Assembly (NCBI RefSeq): GCF_000315625.1
Contig: NW_005434648.1
Span: 348,974-412,973 of the forward strand
DNA: 64,000 nt
From: Guillardia theta CCMP2712
Taxonomy: Eukaryota > Protista > Cryptophyta
Direction of reading: 5' to 3'
Below the pieces are notes generated by a model. The model searched no databases and was not told the origin of the DNA. It was given only the letters and a program-made list of their open reading frames with translations. Of the stretch, positions 61,231 to 64,000 are shown one piece after another; positions within the stretch are counted from its first letter, which is position 1, and every line of letters starts with the position of its first letter. Made by a program: the position numbers and the translations under genes.

Positions 61231-64000
61231 TCATTCCTTGCAACTGAATTCCACAAGGAACACAGGTTTGACCTGCAAAGCAATAATGCAAAATCAGCCT
61301 CTCGAGTAGAAATGGTTAAGATCGGCAGTACCTGAAACATGTCGAAGACAACGTAGTTGTTGAATGGTACACAGCTTGAGGGTTCGCCGAAGAGTGAACT
61401 TGGAGCGTCTACGACAGTCTGCAAGGCTCCACATAAGACCGCCTGCCCTACAGCTCGTCGAGCCCAACGCTTCTCACCTGCAGCGTTCGGTTGGATCCCC
61501 TTACAGCTGGGAAGTCGTTCGTCTTGAAGGGATTTGAAGAGACCTGTAACTGATATTCAAACGAGGTTTCACTCAACCTCCTGCACGCACCCTGCCTCTT
61601 GCAAAAATTGAATGGAATCCATGTGGTGCCCTTCTCAGGGCACACGCATTTTTCATTTCTTTCTGCTCTCCCAAAGCTGCCTCGCAGAGCAGAAGGAATC
61701 CGGACGTGCAGTCGCGGGAAACAAAGCATCTTTCAGCTGCTGCATTCACGCAGTCGAAGAGATATATCCCTTTGCCTGTACACTATGTCAATGTCGATTG
61801 ATATTCAAGCAAGAGAGGATACCAAAGGGATAGTTGGCCGAGGGCGTTTCTTGAAGTGGAACCTGAATGCCTTGAGCTAGAGACCTTGTGATGGAACTTG
61901 CTGTTCCTCCTCTCCAGAGCAGCCTCTGGTTGTTGAGCCTCTCAAACGGCTTGTAACGAAAGTCGTCTCCTGCCCTCTGTTTCCAAGGTATCAGACACCC
62001 GAAACAGACGTCTTACAGATCCGCACCTTGATTTGAAAGACTCGCTCGAGATTCAAATTCATCGTTTCAGTTGGCGCCCTTGTCAAATTGAAGAGTTTCT
62101 GAACACGTGAGAAGTCCTCAGAGCTTGTGGGCAACTCTTGAATATTTGTTTCAAGAATCTCGTAAAAGGCATCGAGCTTTTTCAAGTCTTCTTGGGAAGA
62201 AGGTGACAACTTGACTCTCTTTCTCAAGGAAATCACAGCAGATATGTCTTCAAGGTTCTCAAGCATTTTTCCTTTGTCCTGTTGTGTGTGAGTAATTTTG
62301 ACAACAAAAATATAATTGAATGACCTTCAATGCTTCAACTGTCTCAAAGGTCTCCAATTCCACTGCTTCGTTCATAGGAATGATGCTTCGAATCTTTTCT
62401 GAATGCTTAGCAAGCTTCCGTATGTCATTTCCTGACTGCTTGCTCCCTTTCTGCAGCAAGAATAAACACGCCCGCAAAAAGTGGGCGAACAAACCTTGAT
62501 GATATCTTGAATCAAAGACAGCTCCGCTAAGGCTTCATGTACGGTATGTCGTTTTACACGTTGCAACGGCATTTTCTCAGAATCAAGTTTCATGCTGGTT
62601 AGTTCCCCCTCAAGAGAACCCTTGCTGACTATTCTGTTCAACAAGTTTTGGATGTTGGGGTCAAGTTTTGACCGATATGTTTCATCATTTTCAACGTCAG
62701 ACTGGTTTCCTTCCTCGTCTTCATCATCGGATAAGTCAACCAAGGTGAATTTTCCTGGGTGCGTACGAAATGACATAGAGCCTGGAATTCCAAAGTCACA
62801 CAACACATTCAGAGGCGAAATATGTATATAAACCAGATTGCCAGGAATTCCTTGTACGCTCCCAGAATCTCTTTTCAAACGCGGCAATAGCATCATTTTT
62901 GTCGTTGTAATCAACCACATCGCATCCAGGTTTCTGATCGTATCCAATCAACATATGGACGACGAGGCATCGAACCTGTCCTTACCTCCGTTTCCACTTT
63001 GCCCCATTGCGTGACTAAGTGCCATTTCTCCCCTTTCATGAGACCACCCGCTTCAACCTGGCGAGGGGTTTCAGTATTAACTTCACTGCAATAAATATTT
63101 ACCAATTTGATCGAGAAAAACTGCGTTAGTACATCCCCTTCCTCATCAACTTCTGTCTTTGTCAGATACGCATTGTAGGGAATTCCAGAGTCGTTCTTCA
63201 GAAATGTTGCCTTCGGACGCATAAGAAATCCAAGTGAGTAGAGCTTATCATATTTCATCCAATATTACCTCGGGAACGATGGTTTCTTTGACATTGAATT
63301 GCCTTTTCCGAGCTTCTTTGGAGTAATTGAAGCGCATACGGTATTCCTTTTCCCAGTCCAGTTCTTCGCGAGTTTTTCTATCAGAAAATTCAGATATTTT
63401 TGATTGAAGAGAACAGCTCAGACCTAACGGTAGGTTTGCGCTTTGCCCTGACAGGTTCTTCATCATTATCTAGTTCAGTCTCATTCTGATCCTGATTCCC
63501 GTCGGAATTTTTTTTTGATGATTTTCGTGCACTCTGTGGACTTTCAACAGAGCTTTCGAGGAAAGCAGGTTGATATTCTTGCTCAGCAACGAGCGCTTGT
63601 TGTTCAATGCTTGTTGTGAAAAATGTCTCAAGAACAATTTTGGCACCATGCTTTCTTGCTGATTTCACACGTGAATCCAGGGTTTTCCGTGCTTTCTCTC
63701 TGGCAGAAGATAAAATGTAAGTGTTGCAGAAGGGCCTGGAAAGACTCACTTTTGTGAAAATACTAGATGTGTAACCTTCTTGGTGACTGCAGTTTGCACC
63801 TTGTCAAAAGCAATGAGAACTTGACACGATCACACATCAATCACAACCTTTCCGCCATTCAAGGTGATAAGATCCTGCAATTCCGTTGAAGCTGCTTTGT
63901 TGTTCGCAAAGTAATTCCCTGGATCATGTCAAGGTAAATCAAGACATCTGATCAGATAAATCCACACCAGCAAGTACGACAACACAATCAACAAACAGTC
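61231..64000 (-). CDS. PARP1/2/3-family protein (BRCT, WGR, regulatory and catalytic domains) with substituted catalytic residues; 5' end beyond the window
   Basis: BRCT-like VKSARKHGAKIVLETF; WGR-like YNAYLTKTEV...LVTQWGKV; regulatory LDPNIQNLL...KMPL; catalytic NQRLLWRGG...YPF|GKGIYLFD...LLLCEAALG...FNNYVVFD..Q|VKPVFLVEF. Confidence 0.88.

Overview
Eukaryotic nuclear DNA: gene-dense, with many short (~45-60 nt) GT-AG introns, some expanded by CT-rich microsatellites, and one 100-N assembly gap. Bipartite signal-peptide + 'F/W-x-x-P' plastid presequences and the intron style suggest an alga with a secondary red plastid, most likely a cryptophyte such as Guillardia theta (inference). About 20 protein genes are recognisable after manual splicing: an unknown two-TM membrane protein, a Q/A-rich protein, an Sfi1-like repeat protein, PGR5 (its conserved core is missing from the ORF track), an unknown signal-anchor protein, a ~2900-aa F-box-like/ankyrin protein, a Dpy-30/RIIa-coiled-coil-phosphagen kinase fusion, plastid-targeted TspO, a UBE2O/PHO2-like E2, a CENP-B/pogo-derived DNA-binding protein, a CCR4/nocturnin-family EEP-R3H fusion, a PDZ-PDZ dual-specificity phosphatase, Nup160, a myristoylation-motif KH protein, a coiled-coil protein, a PHO84/PHT1-like transporter, a PDZ-B-box-RCC1 protein, an unknown membrane protein, a nucleotide-sugar 4,6-dehydratase and a PARP with a degenerate active site. 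Non-coding DNA carries a recurrent CCGG-rich intergenic patch, a shared 16-mer (TAAAAATCAGTACGAG), GGGGTA clusters upstream of genes and a near-perfect ~70-bp palindrome. No rRNA, tRNA, CRISPR array or intact transposon was seen. Exon boundaries were read by eye and are approximate.
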